Source: Heptranchias perlo
Lineage: Eukaryota
Reading direction: 5' to 3'
Length of the DNA: 64,000 bases
NCBI RefSeq assembly: GCF_035084215.1
Contig: NC_090344.1
Coordinates: 43,338,001 to 43,402,000 of the forward strand
This document shows, piece after piece, positions 43,301-55,300 of this stretch (position 1 is its first letter; every line of letters starts with the position of its first letter). The position numbers and the translations under genes are program-made. The notes under the pieces were generated by a model, which made no database searches, had not been told where the DNA came from, and worked only from the letters and a program-made list of their open reading frames with translations.

Positions 43301-46300
43301 ATGGCAGATCAATATAGGTAACGAGCTTAGCCAAAGTTGAAAGACATTCCAGGATGGGAGATAAGGAACAGAAGGAACAGGGAAGAACATTCCAAGTTGG
43401 AAGGTGAGGAAGTATCCCCTTTGATGTCTAACAGCAACATGGTCAGCACATGATTATCTATGATTGGCCGGAAATAATGTAACCTCGCATGGCAACCTGT
43501 GCCCGGCTTATGATTGGTGTTGACTCTTGTGTTAATGATGTTCCAACCCCTATCGATCTGTATAAAGGTATGAGTTTTTGTCTTTGTCTTTCTCTCCTTA
43601 TTCTGTTAGAATCATTCGGATTCTCTCAGGAATCTGAATTGAAGCTACAGACTAAGACCTGCTATTAAAGTTGTGTTGAACTTTAAAATGTATTCGACTT
43701 CAGTTTTTACTGAACCAGACTGAGGGGAAAGAATCCGGATCGTCAGGTGTGGGTCAGAATTAGAATGAAAGAAAGATCTTGCATCTCTATCGTGCCTTTT
43801 ACGACCTCAGGACGTCCCAAAGCACTTCACAACCAATGAAGTCCTTTTGAAGTGTAGTCATTGTTGTAATGAACCTGGCACCTTAAATACGGTGGGTGTT
43901 GATCCCATAGGACAGTTTATTGTTTCTCAAATACCACACTGTAAAGAATGACTGAGTTTCATCTCTGGCCCAGTCAGTGCACACGTCCCATATTGCTCCT
44001 ACCTGCCCATTTTGTTGGCAAGAACACCAAAGAGATTTGTGCCCATCATGTAGCTGATGGTGGATGGCAGGAAGGCCAAACCTACCAGAAGAGACAAAAT
44101 TGGGTTAATTCAGGTCAGAAAGCAAATGCAGAGCTTACTGGGGAGGCAGGGGGTGGAGGGAGGGAGTGGAGGAGATGGGGAGGAAGTTGACTGTGCCTTT
44201 ATCTCACATGTCACCAGACCTGCTGTTCGATAAAATCGTTTCAACTTGATCTCTGTGCAAACATACCCAGGTGCAGTTTAGGAGAACACATGGTCTTCAT
44301 CATCCAGATTGGCAGTGCCTGCTCCAGCATAGCGATGGCCATGTTTGAGAAGCACATGGTTCCTTGAAATAAACAAATACAGGCTCATTTATTAATTTCC
44401 ACATAGACTTATATTAATGCGTATTTGACAAATCAGTGTTGAAAGCCTGAACAAATGGGAGATTATTCCAGAGCATTTCAGATGAGAAATAAGCCAAACT
44501 GGTTCATTCACTTAGATCTTTCTCCATCTGTGTACTCCACAGGTCACACCATTATTGCAAGGTCGTGTGCAAGTGATTCAGCCCTTACTTACCTCACCAC
44601 TGAGCTAGTATTCACTCTCCGTACAGGGAGTCCCATTCAGCCCAGCAATTGTCAGCTGCTGAGGAGAATTGAGCTTCAACAAAATAAGGACTGGGATTTG
44701 GAACCTTATTGAAAGTTCAGCGCTTTACCATTAAAGGTATCAGACTACCCCTGTACAGTGGATTGGTGAATGGTTGCATCCAGCCTCAGATTGGCACACA
44801 CTCTTTGATCCAAATCTTTGAACAAAAATGACATACTCTTCCTTTGTATTCCTTTCTTACTTTAAAAAAAAAATCATTCTTGGGATGTGGGCGTCACTGG
44901 CAAGAACGGCATTTATTGCCTATTCCCAGTTGCCCCTGAGAATGTGGGCCGCCTTCTTGAATCACTGATAGCAGTTTGATACAACTGAGTGGCTTGCTGG
45001 ACCACCTCAAGGGGCAGTTAAGAGTCAATCACATTAGTGTGGGACTGGAATTATGTATAGACCAGACCGGGTAAGGACGGCAGGTTTCCTTCCCGAAAGG
45101 ACATTCGTGTACCAGTTGGGGTTTACAACAATCTGACAGCTTCATGGCCATTTGAACTCACTCTCTCTGGATTATCAGACCAGACCTCTGAATTACTATC
45201 CAATAACAACCATTACACCACCGTACCCATTATTTCATGGATTCTGATTGTGCCTCAGTCTCCGGAACATCCCTTGGAAACAAGCCTACAGAGCACAGGT
45301 ACAAGTAAACTGCCTTCTTTCCACAAGCTCCCTGTCATTCTTCCAGATTAACAGTCACACTTTATTGCCCAACAAAGGAAGCTATAGAGTATCTTAGAAA
45401 CCAGGCTTCCTGTATATTGAAAACCATCCCCAATAGATGGCAAAGTTAATGGGGGTAATTTTAACCCTCCCACAATGGGCGGGAGAGGGTCATGGGGGGT
45501 GGGGAATTGTTAAAAATATGAAAGCTGACCCTAACCCGCCATGAACTTTAACCAGGGCGGGCTGGGGGGCAACTCTGGAGAGATGGGTCCATCATTATAA
45601 AATGTTAACGAGGCTGCGTTCCTCAGATTTTGGGAGCCATTTGAATGTAATGACTGTGGGCCGAGTTTCTCAGGGCTCGGAAAACCCGCAACTAAAGGGA
45701 GGCAGAATCCAGCAGATAAATGCTTTCCCAGCACTGCTTGTAGGCCATGAGGAGCAGGAGTGCTTCCCCCCCGGCCCCTCAAGCCGACCCTCCCCCGCAA
45801 TCGGCCGATTTCCCCCCCCATCCCCACTATGCCCCAATCTTTGCTGATTGCCGGGGTCCGTCCCCAGTGCTCCCCGGCTGCAGCCTTCTACCGCAGGCTT
45901 TCCCGCCCGGCAGCCAGCCAGTCTCTCAATTTGGCCGGCTGCCGGGCGGGAAACAGAGTAAAAAAATATTATTGCGGTCCTGCCGAATTTAACGTTAAAT
46001 TCGGCAGGACCTCTGCCTGGCCGGCATTTCCAGGTTTCCGAGCCACAGACACGCGCCCCCGCTCCCTCCCCACCTCCCCGGAAATATCGGGGCCAAAGTT
46101 TCTCAAAAAACTGAACAAACTCTAAGATGATCTCAACTCTGCCTGCTACAATACACAGAGAACTGATCTGCTTACCGGCAGCAATCAGAATGTAGGGGTC
46201 TCTCAGCAGTGTTAGTAGCGACGTACCTTTCTGACTCTGTAACCATAGTAACAGAAATAGCAGTGAGGAGAGCTGCCATGTAAGCCCTCAGAGCATTGAA

Positions 46301-49300
46301 GAGATCCAGCAGTGGGGGCAGCTCGATTTCTGATAGAAGAGGCTAAGTGCTAATGTAGCAAATTGTTTATAGTGGAACATAAAGACGACTGGAGCATTAA
46401 CAGATGAAAGCATGTCCCAAAACTGAAGTAATGGGTTTCTTGTTAAAATCCTGAATATATTTTTCAGGTGTATTATAAATTCCTGATCCAGTGCTAAAAT
46501 GGAATTGGATGACATCTCACCTGTACTGCTCATATTATCTGTCTAATTCAGCATGTTGAACAGCTAGTTCTGTGAGTAGAACAGATGGAAAGACTGAGAT
46601 CAGTCTGCGAGTAGAACCCTGGTTGTAAATCCAGATTTTTAACCTTCACTGTCTGAATTGAAAGATACACCATTGAAGACTTTCTGCTCTTGTCTTCCTG
46701 CCATTTCCAATTCCTGTTCTGTCCCACTGCGGCCCTGCCCACTGGAATTCCCTCCCTAAACCACTCTGCCTCTCTCCCTCTCTCTCCTCCTTTAAGACGC
46801 TCCTGAAAACTTACCTCTGACCAAGCTTTTGGTCACCTGTCCTAATATCTCTTTATGTGGCTTGGTGTCAAATTTTGTCTGATAATGCTCCTGTGAAGTG
46901 CCTTCGGACATTTTACTGGTTTAAAGGCTCTTTATAAATGCAAGTTGTTGTTGTTGTGAAGGGCTCCATAGAAATATAAGTTACTGTTGGAGAAGAGAAA
47001 AGACTGGTTACTTACCTCTGCAACAGCCTTAGTGGGTTGAAGAATGCAGAGCTGGAGAACTAAGTAGAGACAGGAATTCAGTAATTCAATAATTAAAGCG
47101 AGTTGGTAGTTACAGTAAGTTATTAGGTAAAGCCCGTTATTTAAGCAAGTTACTAGTTAAAGTGAATTCTTTCAGTTGGGCTTCTCTTAAATTACAGACA
47201 TTCTCAGGTGTCATGTGCAGTGGCTCTATCTCTCCTGATTAATTTTCCCTCAATTTATTTCCTTGGATCCAAGACTGTGAAATGGAAATGGCCTGAGTGC
47301 AGAGTCTACAATCTGCCGATTCCTGGTTCAGTCAATGGACAGCAGCTGCCTGTCCATAGCCAGAGTCTCTTTCACGTGAGTTGTGCTCAGATTAACAGTC
47401 GTTCTTCTTAAAATGCACTGTGGTTACTAAAACAGGAGCAATTGCACAAAGCAAACAGCAGCTCACGCAGGGTGACCCTGTAAAAGGTTTAAAAGAAATA
47501 AATAGCTACATTCTGCAGTTCTTATTTCAGAATCTTTTCCTCCCTCCCATGCACTGTTTCCTAACAAAGGGGACAGGGAGATGATTTGCTCTCAGACCTC
47601 TGCGTCTAAAGATGCCCACATACTGGGCTGGCTCGTCTGCTGGTCTTTTCCTTCCCCAGTGGGAAAGGGGGCTGAATTCCGCTCTGGGGCCTTCCTAATT
47701 TCGTGGCTGAGGTAGAAACTCTATGAAACAATTAAGTACGGGCCGTAACTGTGAGTTTCTACCAGGGAATCTTCTGTGATAGTGACCAGTGTGGGAGCGG
47801 ATTGGAGAGAGGACCCTCTATCCACAGAGGTAAGACCCTCCGCATGTACCAGTCTACTCTGTAGGACTTCCTTTATTTGGTTTTGGAGATTTAGGTTAGA
47901 ACTGGCTAAACGATACACATGGAAAAGATGTCACTGCTGATGCAGGGAGAGGATCCAGTTCTCTTGGGTCAGGATAAATGTGGTGAGGGGAGCAACAAGA
48001 ATCAGATTTTAGCAAGGCTCTTCAGAATGACAATTTTGCCTGTCAACTGGTAAAATCGTATTTTGTTAACAAATGGCACACAATAAAACTAATTGAAGAG
48101 GGCTGCTTTGGAATGGCAGGCCGCAGACTTGCTGTGTGATTGCCCACATGGTCGTGGTCATTTCCAGAATCCTAGCTGGCACAACTGAGCAGAAGCACCT
48201 TTGATGGAAGGTGGAAAGATCTCAGACTGAGGTAGAAACTGGTTCAAGAACCGGGTTGACTCAGACTAGGTTGGAGATCAATTCCTGCTGTTTCCAGCAG
48301 TGAGGGCACTGTAGGGTGGAGGGGGCGGGAACGTACTATCTGCCTGATAATTATATCAAACTGCTCATTCATAGGAAATAGAACATTTAATTGGGAGAGC
48401 ATTTTGTCCATAAAATTTTCCAGTAAATCAGGGCTCCTTTATAATATAACAAAATTGTACCAACCTCCATTGAATAAGGACAAGGCTGCCAAAATCAGAA
48501 AGGGAGATGACTTTCCGACAAATTCATACATCACACTTCCAAAGGGCGCTCCAACTGCAAGCAATGAAATAATTGGAATGAATCCACGCCAGACACATAA
48601 AGTACCAGCTGTAAGTACCACCAGGTGGAGAAAAGATCATTCACTCCATCCCATTCCCGCTCTTGTGTTGCTCTGTCAGTGCTGCTGAGAATTGGCGCTT
48701 GGGAGGCGCATGAGAGCAATGCAGGTTTCTGGTCTCTTGGCTTATCCTCCCTGCTTCTGTTCTGCACCTCAACCTAGACAGCCTTGCTGAGATCAGAATC
48801 TCACCGTGTGGGGAAAACCCATGGCTGAAATGGTGCCTTTCTATTGAGCACCCTTAAAGAGGCGTTTAGCTCGCTGAAGCAGACACAATGGAAGCAGATG
48901 CTCAAATGTTTTGGTGCTTTTTGTTCCCACAAGTGTAGCAGCACACGGTTCAATGTAAGTGCAATGTACAAATTACTTACTGAGCACCCCCAATGCCACG
49001 CCTCCCAGCGCTATCCCCATGGCTTTGCCTCTTTCATTGTCATCTGTATAATTACTGGCTAACATTGCCAAACCTGCAGAGGGAAAAAATATTAGTAAAT
49101 ATTAACCCTTAAAGACAAACACTGAAACTCCATCTCCGACATTGCACCAGGCTGGTCTGTCTCTCTGTCCACCCACTTTACTGTTGTTTAGAGTTTCAGT
49201 GAACCTGTCACGTTTCAAAGCAGCTGATTATTTGGAACTCCTGACCAGTCTAGATTCAGGAGCCCAATGCTTCAGTGCTGGACTGGCCTGAGCTGTTTTT

Positions 49301-52300
49301 GGCTTCTGTTCATTATTTGACTGAGTTTATTAAAACTCTCTTAAATCCATTCCAGTTCACTCTTGTGGAAGCAGGCAGGAGTGAAGGTTATTATGACTGG
49401 AAGAAGGAAAACTGGCCAATCTAATCTCTAATCTCCATACAAGCTAAATTCCCCAACCCCATTCTGTTCAGCTCTTCTCACTGATCCTCCACTCTCTGGA
49501 CAACAGTCCTATTGGATTCCCTCCCATCATCCTTAAGATGCGTATGTCTGAACTTATGCCCTCCCGAAAGCTGTATCTAATTTCCTCTCTAATTGTTCTG
49601 TCTGTGGTGTGGTTGAGGGCTCATCCTTTAATTTGTTTTTTCTTTATCTTAGTTATTCCCCCTGACTCTGTTCTCAAAACCACTCTGTTCCATCTCAGTA
49701 ACATTTTCACTCATCATCGAACCCTATCCCCACTTTTGCTGACAATGCAATTCTACATTCATTAACTTCCTCCACAGCATGCCCTCAATGCTTGCAATCT
49801 ACAGTCTTCTTGAAGTACAATGGCTGAATCACTACATTTTAACGTCAGTTGGGCAATAAAACATTTCTTTCAATTCTTGAAAGGTACAGTTTCTTCAAAT
49901 CTCTTGTAAGCGTAACCAAAAGCTACCGCCTCTTTCCTTAGTTGGCTCCATCCTTCATCTATTGGCATTCTGGCTTCACGACATTCCCTGACCTCAAGTA
50001 GATCCCCTATTTCTAAATTTGTCTCCAAGAAGCTTGATTTTCCCTTTCATACCAAACAATTCTGTCCTTTTCAGAACTCATAACTCTCTGTTAAGCTCAC
50101 GATTTCAATACTGCTCCCCTGTCTGGGACACTCATCGAGCATCACATTCTTGGACAGATACAAACAATCTTGTCATCTGATAGGTGATTCTTCAGTCACC
50201 TCTTGCCTCGACTTCTCTCTTTCTCTCTCTCAATCACAACTTCATTGCTATGATAATGCCCAGTGCTCCTCTGAACTTCCCTCTCATGTTCCTTCTGCCC
50301 CAAATACAGTACCCTACAAGCTAATCTGCCTTCCTATCTCCCCTTTGTGTTAAGATCAAGGCTCATTATACAGTCTGCTACTCTATCCTTTCCCAAGATC
50401 TCAAAGTTCTTTTAAGTCCCTCAGTCTTTCCTTCTTCCTACAATCTCCAGCCTTTTAAAACCCAAGCTTGGTATCACCCAATCACTACTCTCTGATTACC
50501 TCAATTTCTCTTCTATCCTATTACTGGTGTCCTCCTCCACTGTGAACCTTGGCCCTTCACCTGGGTTTCTCAACACCTAAGGAAAAAATACCTGCTACCG
50601 AGGAAAACGATGAGCCAATTCCTTGAAGAGCGCGAGCAACAAATAGCCCGGGGTAGGTGGTCGAGAAAGCATACACTGTTGACAAGAAGAGAGGAAAATG
50701 AAGTGAAGTGAAGTCAACAGAACTTTGCTTGTGGGAAGAACATGAATGAGCTTTCCAAAAATGTGATGCATTGTACCACATCAAGGAAGGATACAGTTCA
50801 TTCTTTCAGTGAGGAGAACCTCACAAATCACGAGTGGGATGTATGTGTGGCATTCTTCTGTTTCTCTGCCCCCCCCCACCGCCCCCCCCGCCCCTGCTCA
50901 TGTTCTATTATGCCACTGTCCTCCAGTATATCTCCTTTATATCCCACTTGAACTCAGAAATATTTTGTACTGCAGTGTGATGACAAAATATTGTGATGAG
51001 AACTGACCCCTGGAGCTCTGCTCGTCACAGTTCTCCACTTGGAACTACTACTATTGACCACTGCCCAGTTTCTCCTATTATTCAGTCAGTTTATTAGCCA
51101 GTTTACAACATTCTGCTTTATTTCAAAATCTTGCATTTTGGTTCTTATCAAGTGCTTTCTGAAAGTGAGTTGGAGAACATGCACCACATTCCCATCACCC
51201 AGCAGTGTCCCGTGCATAATTTCTACCTTAAAATCGTGCGATTAAAACTACTCACTTAGTGTTGAGGCAAACAATATCACAAAACCAGTGAACATTGGAG
51301 TGTGATATCCAACCCTAAAAGAAAGAAAATACACTTTACACAAAGAGTGACGAGAGCTTCAGTATCCAGGAATATCCACATTGCTGTCTTAGTTGAAAGT
51401 CTTTACTGGAACAAAGTTTAAATATTATATCTTTAGTATGAAGGCAACGCCCTTTATACATTTCAACCACATCACTACTGATGAAGACTCCTGCTATCTT
51501 GACTGGGCAAATTGGTCAATTTGTTTATGAACAGAGGCCTTTTAAATTTCAGACCCTGTAAAGAAGACAGATCCAGTTGATTCAATTTCTAGAGATGAAC
51601 TCGTGTGATCGGTGCCAGTTTTAAAACAAAATAAAGTGATTTCCTGTCCTGGCTTTAGCTTTCCAGCTCACCCATTTGTCTGGTTTGAAGTTACATCAAG
51701 CTGCTCTCGTGCTGCCTCCACAGCTTGAGGGAGGAGCATGGACTTTCACTTTCCTTTAGCCTGGAATTAGTCCACAAAGGGTGCCATAAATTACAATCTT
51801 AAGCAAAGAGCCCAGGGCTTGCCTGCTGACAACCCCTATGCAGCAATTCCCAAAGCACAGGTACAACTTACCTGTACCAGGAATTCTCTGTTGTGGCAAT
51901 GAGCAGGAATTATATACCGGAATTCTCCATGAGGGAATGGTAGATTCCTTCTCGGGTCTCCCCCACCACAGGCACTGATCCCCAGCCAAGGGGCTGGCAG
52001 GGGGCACGCCCCAACCTTTGGCACTGCCTGGTTTGTTGTGGCTGGCGGGAGACGAGTGAGGGCATTGTGGGTGATTCAGCCATAGATTCTGTGCCACTTC
52101 AGGCCGTGACCTGTCTGTTGCGTGAGAAACTGAAAGCTCAAGCCGAATTTCAAGGGTCCATGAAATAGCACACCAAGCATGGCACAGTCCGCGCAGGTGC
52201 TCTGTGCAGCTTGATGCCCAGTACCCTTAAATTTCTATGCCTGAATTTACCCAGATTCAGTTACCTGCTGGTGTAAAGGGCTTCTGATTTACCTGTTAGT

Positions 52301-55300
52301 CAGTGGCCCCACAATTGGATTCACCAGGAGCTGCACAATGGCTTTCGAGGCAAATAACAAGCCAACTTGAACATTTTCCTCTGCAAGAAATGAATCATTC
52401 CAGCTGCAGTGGGACCCTCCAGTGGCCGGTGTCAAGCCGAGAATGGCAGCCTCGGTGGTGTTCCTCCATTCATCAGTCTCACTCTCAGCTCCTGCAGTGC
52501 TGTCCTCAATCGTAAGGTCCAAGTCACTGGAATAGGGGAAGCCAGGGGAAGGAGTGGGGAGCAGTGCTGGAGGCTGCTCTTGTGATGCTGAGGTATTCAT
52601 TTCTGCGTAATGTTTATCGTACAAGTAACTGGGGATGATGGGAACTGAAACAGAAAATAGATCATTATTATTGATCAGCGCTTAAATTCCCAATAGCTGT
52701 AGAATGAAAAGTTCCGGAGCATTTTTATTCTCTCCCGCTGGAGCCATTGTGGACTGGATCATAGTACATGGGAAAAGTAGTTCAGCTCTCTGATACAGAA
52801 GAATACAGCCTTAACCAAGGGCAATGGCTCTTTGTAACAACTGTAAGTTATCATTTGGAGGCACTTGCCGCTGGAGATATCTAAATGTATCATCTCTTTG
52901 CATTACTTAGAGATAAGATGGGGAAACAGCTCAACAACAGAAAGTGTTGTTCTGCCAACATGCTACCCTACTCAGTGGGAGGCTGTAGATTCCAACCATA
53001 ATTTCCCACATAATTTCTTCCTACATTCAAGTTGGTCGGGCAGACACCGAGCAAAGGCAAGGAATTTCCTTGGAGAAAAACTGCGGAGCACGTCAACCTG
53101 CTAAGGCTGGCTCGGAGGCCTGGGAGAAGACTGGGGGTAAAAAATAGCTAACGAAAATAGAGGAGGGGGAAGAAGAGCTGCTGTCAACTTTCTTGCTGCC
53201 CCTGCTGTTCCTTATGGTATGAGGAGCTGGATCATCTCATACTGTTCTCACCAGCTCAACAGACCAACTGGTGCAGTTGCCAGATTGTAAAATTGATTCA
53301 AAAATTGTAGATGGAAATCAACAGCACATCTGAGTGAGGGTAATGTGGTGATGTTTGAGGAATAATGGAACTGGTTCTTTCTTTGTAAAGGGGTTAGCAC
53401 TTGTCTGAGAAGCCGTGATGTTCCCTACTTACGGAGAATTTGCTTTTCCCAGTACTGCAGGAATGAAAGGGAACAGGTTGTAATGATAGTTGTTGCTGAG
53501 CTTCAAAAAGACACAAGCATCTATTACTTTGCTGAAGTCGTCAGTACAAATTGATTCCACATTAGTTGGACAGTTTACATGGTGCGTGAAAACAGGCAGA
53601 CGATGAAAAATACAGCACATTAAAGACTTTGGCCCCGATATTTACGGGGTGGGGGGAACGGAGGAAACTCGGCAAGGGCGGGGACGTGGAGGTCCTGCCC
53701 AATTTAACGGCAGAACCCGATGATAACTCTTCTGTCCCCCGCCCGGGCTGGCCGGCCTCCAGGCGGGATAACTAACTGCAGGAGGCTGCAGCCGAGGACC
53801 CTTGGAGACGGACCCAGCAATTGGGAGGAGAGCAAGCTGCAGATCAGGGTTTGAAGGGGGGGTGTCGGCAGTGATCATGGGTTGCAGATCGGGGCATGAG
53901 AGGGTGGGGGGGGAGTCTGGCAGGGGGAGAGCTGGAGGTTTGCTTGAGAGGCTGGGGGGAGCACTCCTGCTCCTCCTGGCCCACAGCGAGTGCGAAATAA
54001 AGCACTTACCTTCTTGAGCTGGCAGCTCCCGTCTCCATTTCGCTGCTGGGTTTCCCGAGCCTTGGGAAACCCAGCCGGCAGCAGTTAAATTTAAATCAGG
54101 CTCCCAACTGCCTGATTTAAATATGTTAATGAAGTGTCCCAAGATGGGACAAGTTACACAGCACGCTACCCACTGTGGTAAAAATGGCAGCAGACACTTA
54201 CGCGTCAGGTTGGGGGTTATGCTTCACATTTTTTAGGGTTTAACCTCCTCCCCAACCTTCTCCCGCCCGGCGTGGGGATTTAACATCGTGGACTGTGTGT
54301 CCCTAATACAAAGTGACTGAATAATATAGCAACTGTGATTTCTACCACAGAAATCTAACCAACAAGGCACGATGGTGTGCAAGCTGATTGGGTTGTCCAG
54401 TGTGAGAACCTCAGTTCCTTTAGTGTGCAAGGATGTTGGTCCCCTCAGTAGGTGAGAACCTCGTCCCTCGGTGTGTACGAGGCTTGGGCTCCTCAATATG
54501 TGAGCACCTCCAGCTCCTCAGTGTGTGACTTCAGCCCATTGGTATGTGTGAGTCTCGACACCCCCCCTGCAAGTCTCAACCCCCCCGCCGTGTGTGAGTC
54601 TCGACCACCCCCCCCCGTGTGTGATTCACGACCCCCCCCGAGTGTGAGTCTCAACCCCCCCCCCCCGTGTGTGAGTCTCGACCCTCCCGTGTGTGAGTCT
54701 CGACCCCCCCGTGTGTGAGTCCCGACCCCCCAACCGTGTGTGAGTCTAGCCGCCCCCCCCGTGTGTGAGTCTCGACGCCCCCCCCGCCACAGTGTGTGAG
54801 TCTCGATGTCCCCCACAGTGTGTGAGTCTTGACCCCTCTGTGAGTTTGAGTCTCGACCCCCCCCCGAGTATGTGAGTATTGACCCCCCCGAGTGTGTGAG
54901 TATTGACCCCCCGAGTGTGTGAGTATCGACCTCCCCCAGTGTGTGAGTATCGACCCCCCCAGTGTGTGAGTATCGACCCCCCCAGTGTGTGAGTATTGAC
55001 CCCCCCGAGTGTGTGAGTATCGACCTCCCCCAGTGTGTGAGTATTGACCCCCCCAGTGTGTGAGTATTGACCCCCCTGAGTGTGTGAGTATCGACTCCCC
55101 CAGTGTGTGAGTATCGACCCCCCCAGTGTGTGAGTATCGACCCCCCCAGTGTGTGAGTATCGACCCCCCCAGTGTGTGAGTATCGACCCCCCCAGTGTGT
55201 GAGTATTGACCCCCCCAGTGTGTGAGTATTGACCCCCCTGAGTGTGTGAGTATCGACTCCCCCAGTGTGTGAGTATTGACCCCCCCAGTGTGTGAGTATC

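Noticed and set aside
47707-47763. TGAGGTAG (let-7-like start) in an 11-bp hairpin, with CTGAGGTAGAAACT repeated at 48227-48240
   Set aside because: The sequence after the first 8 nt does not match let-7 and the stem is too short for a pre-miRNA; more likely decayed MITE termini.
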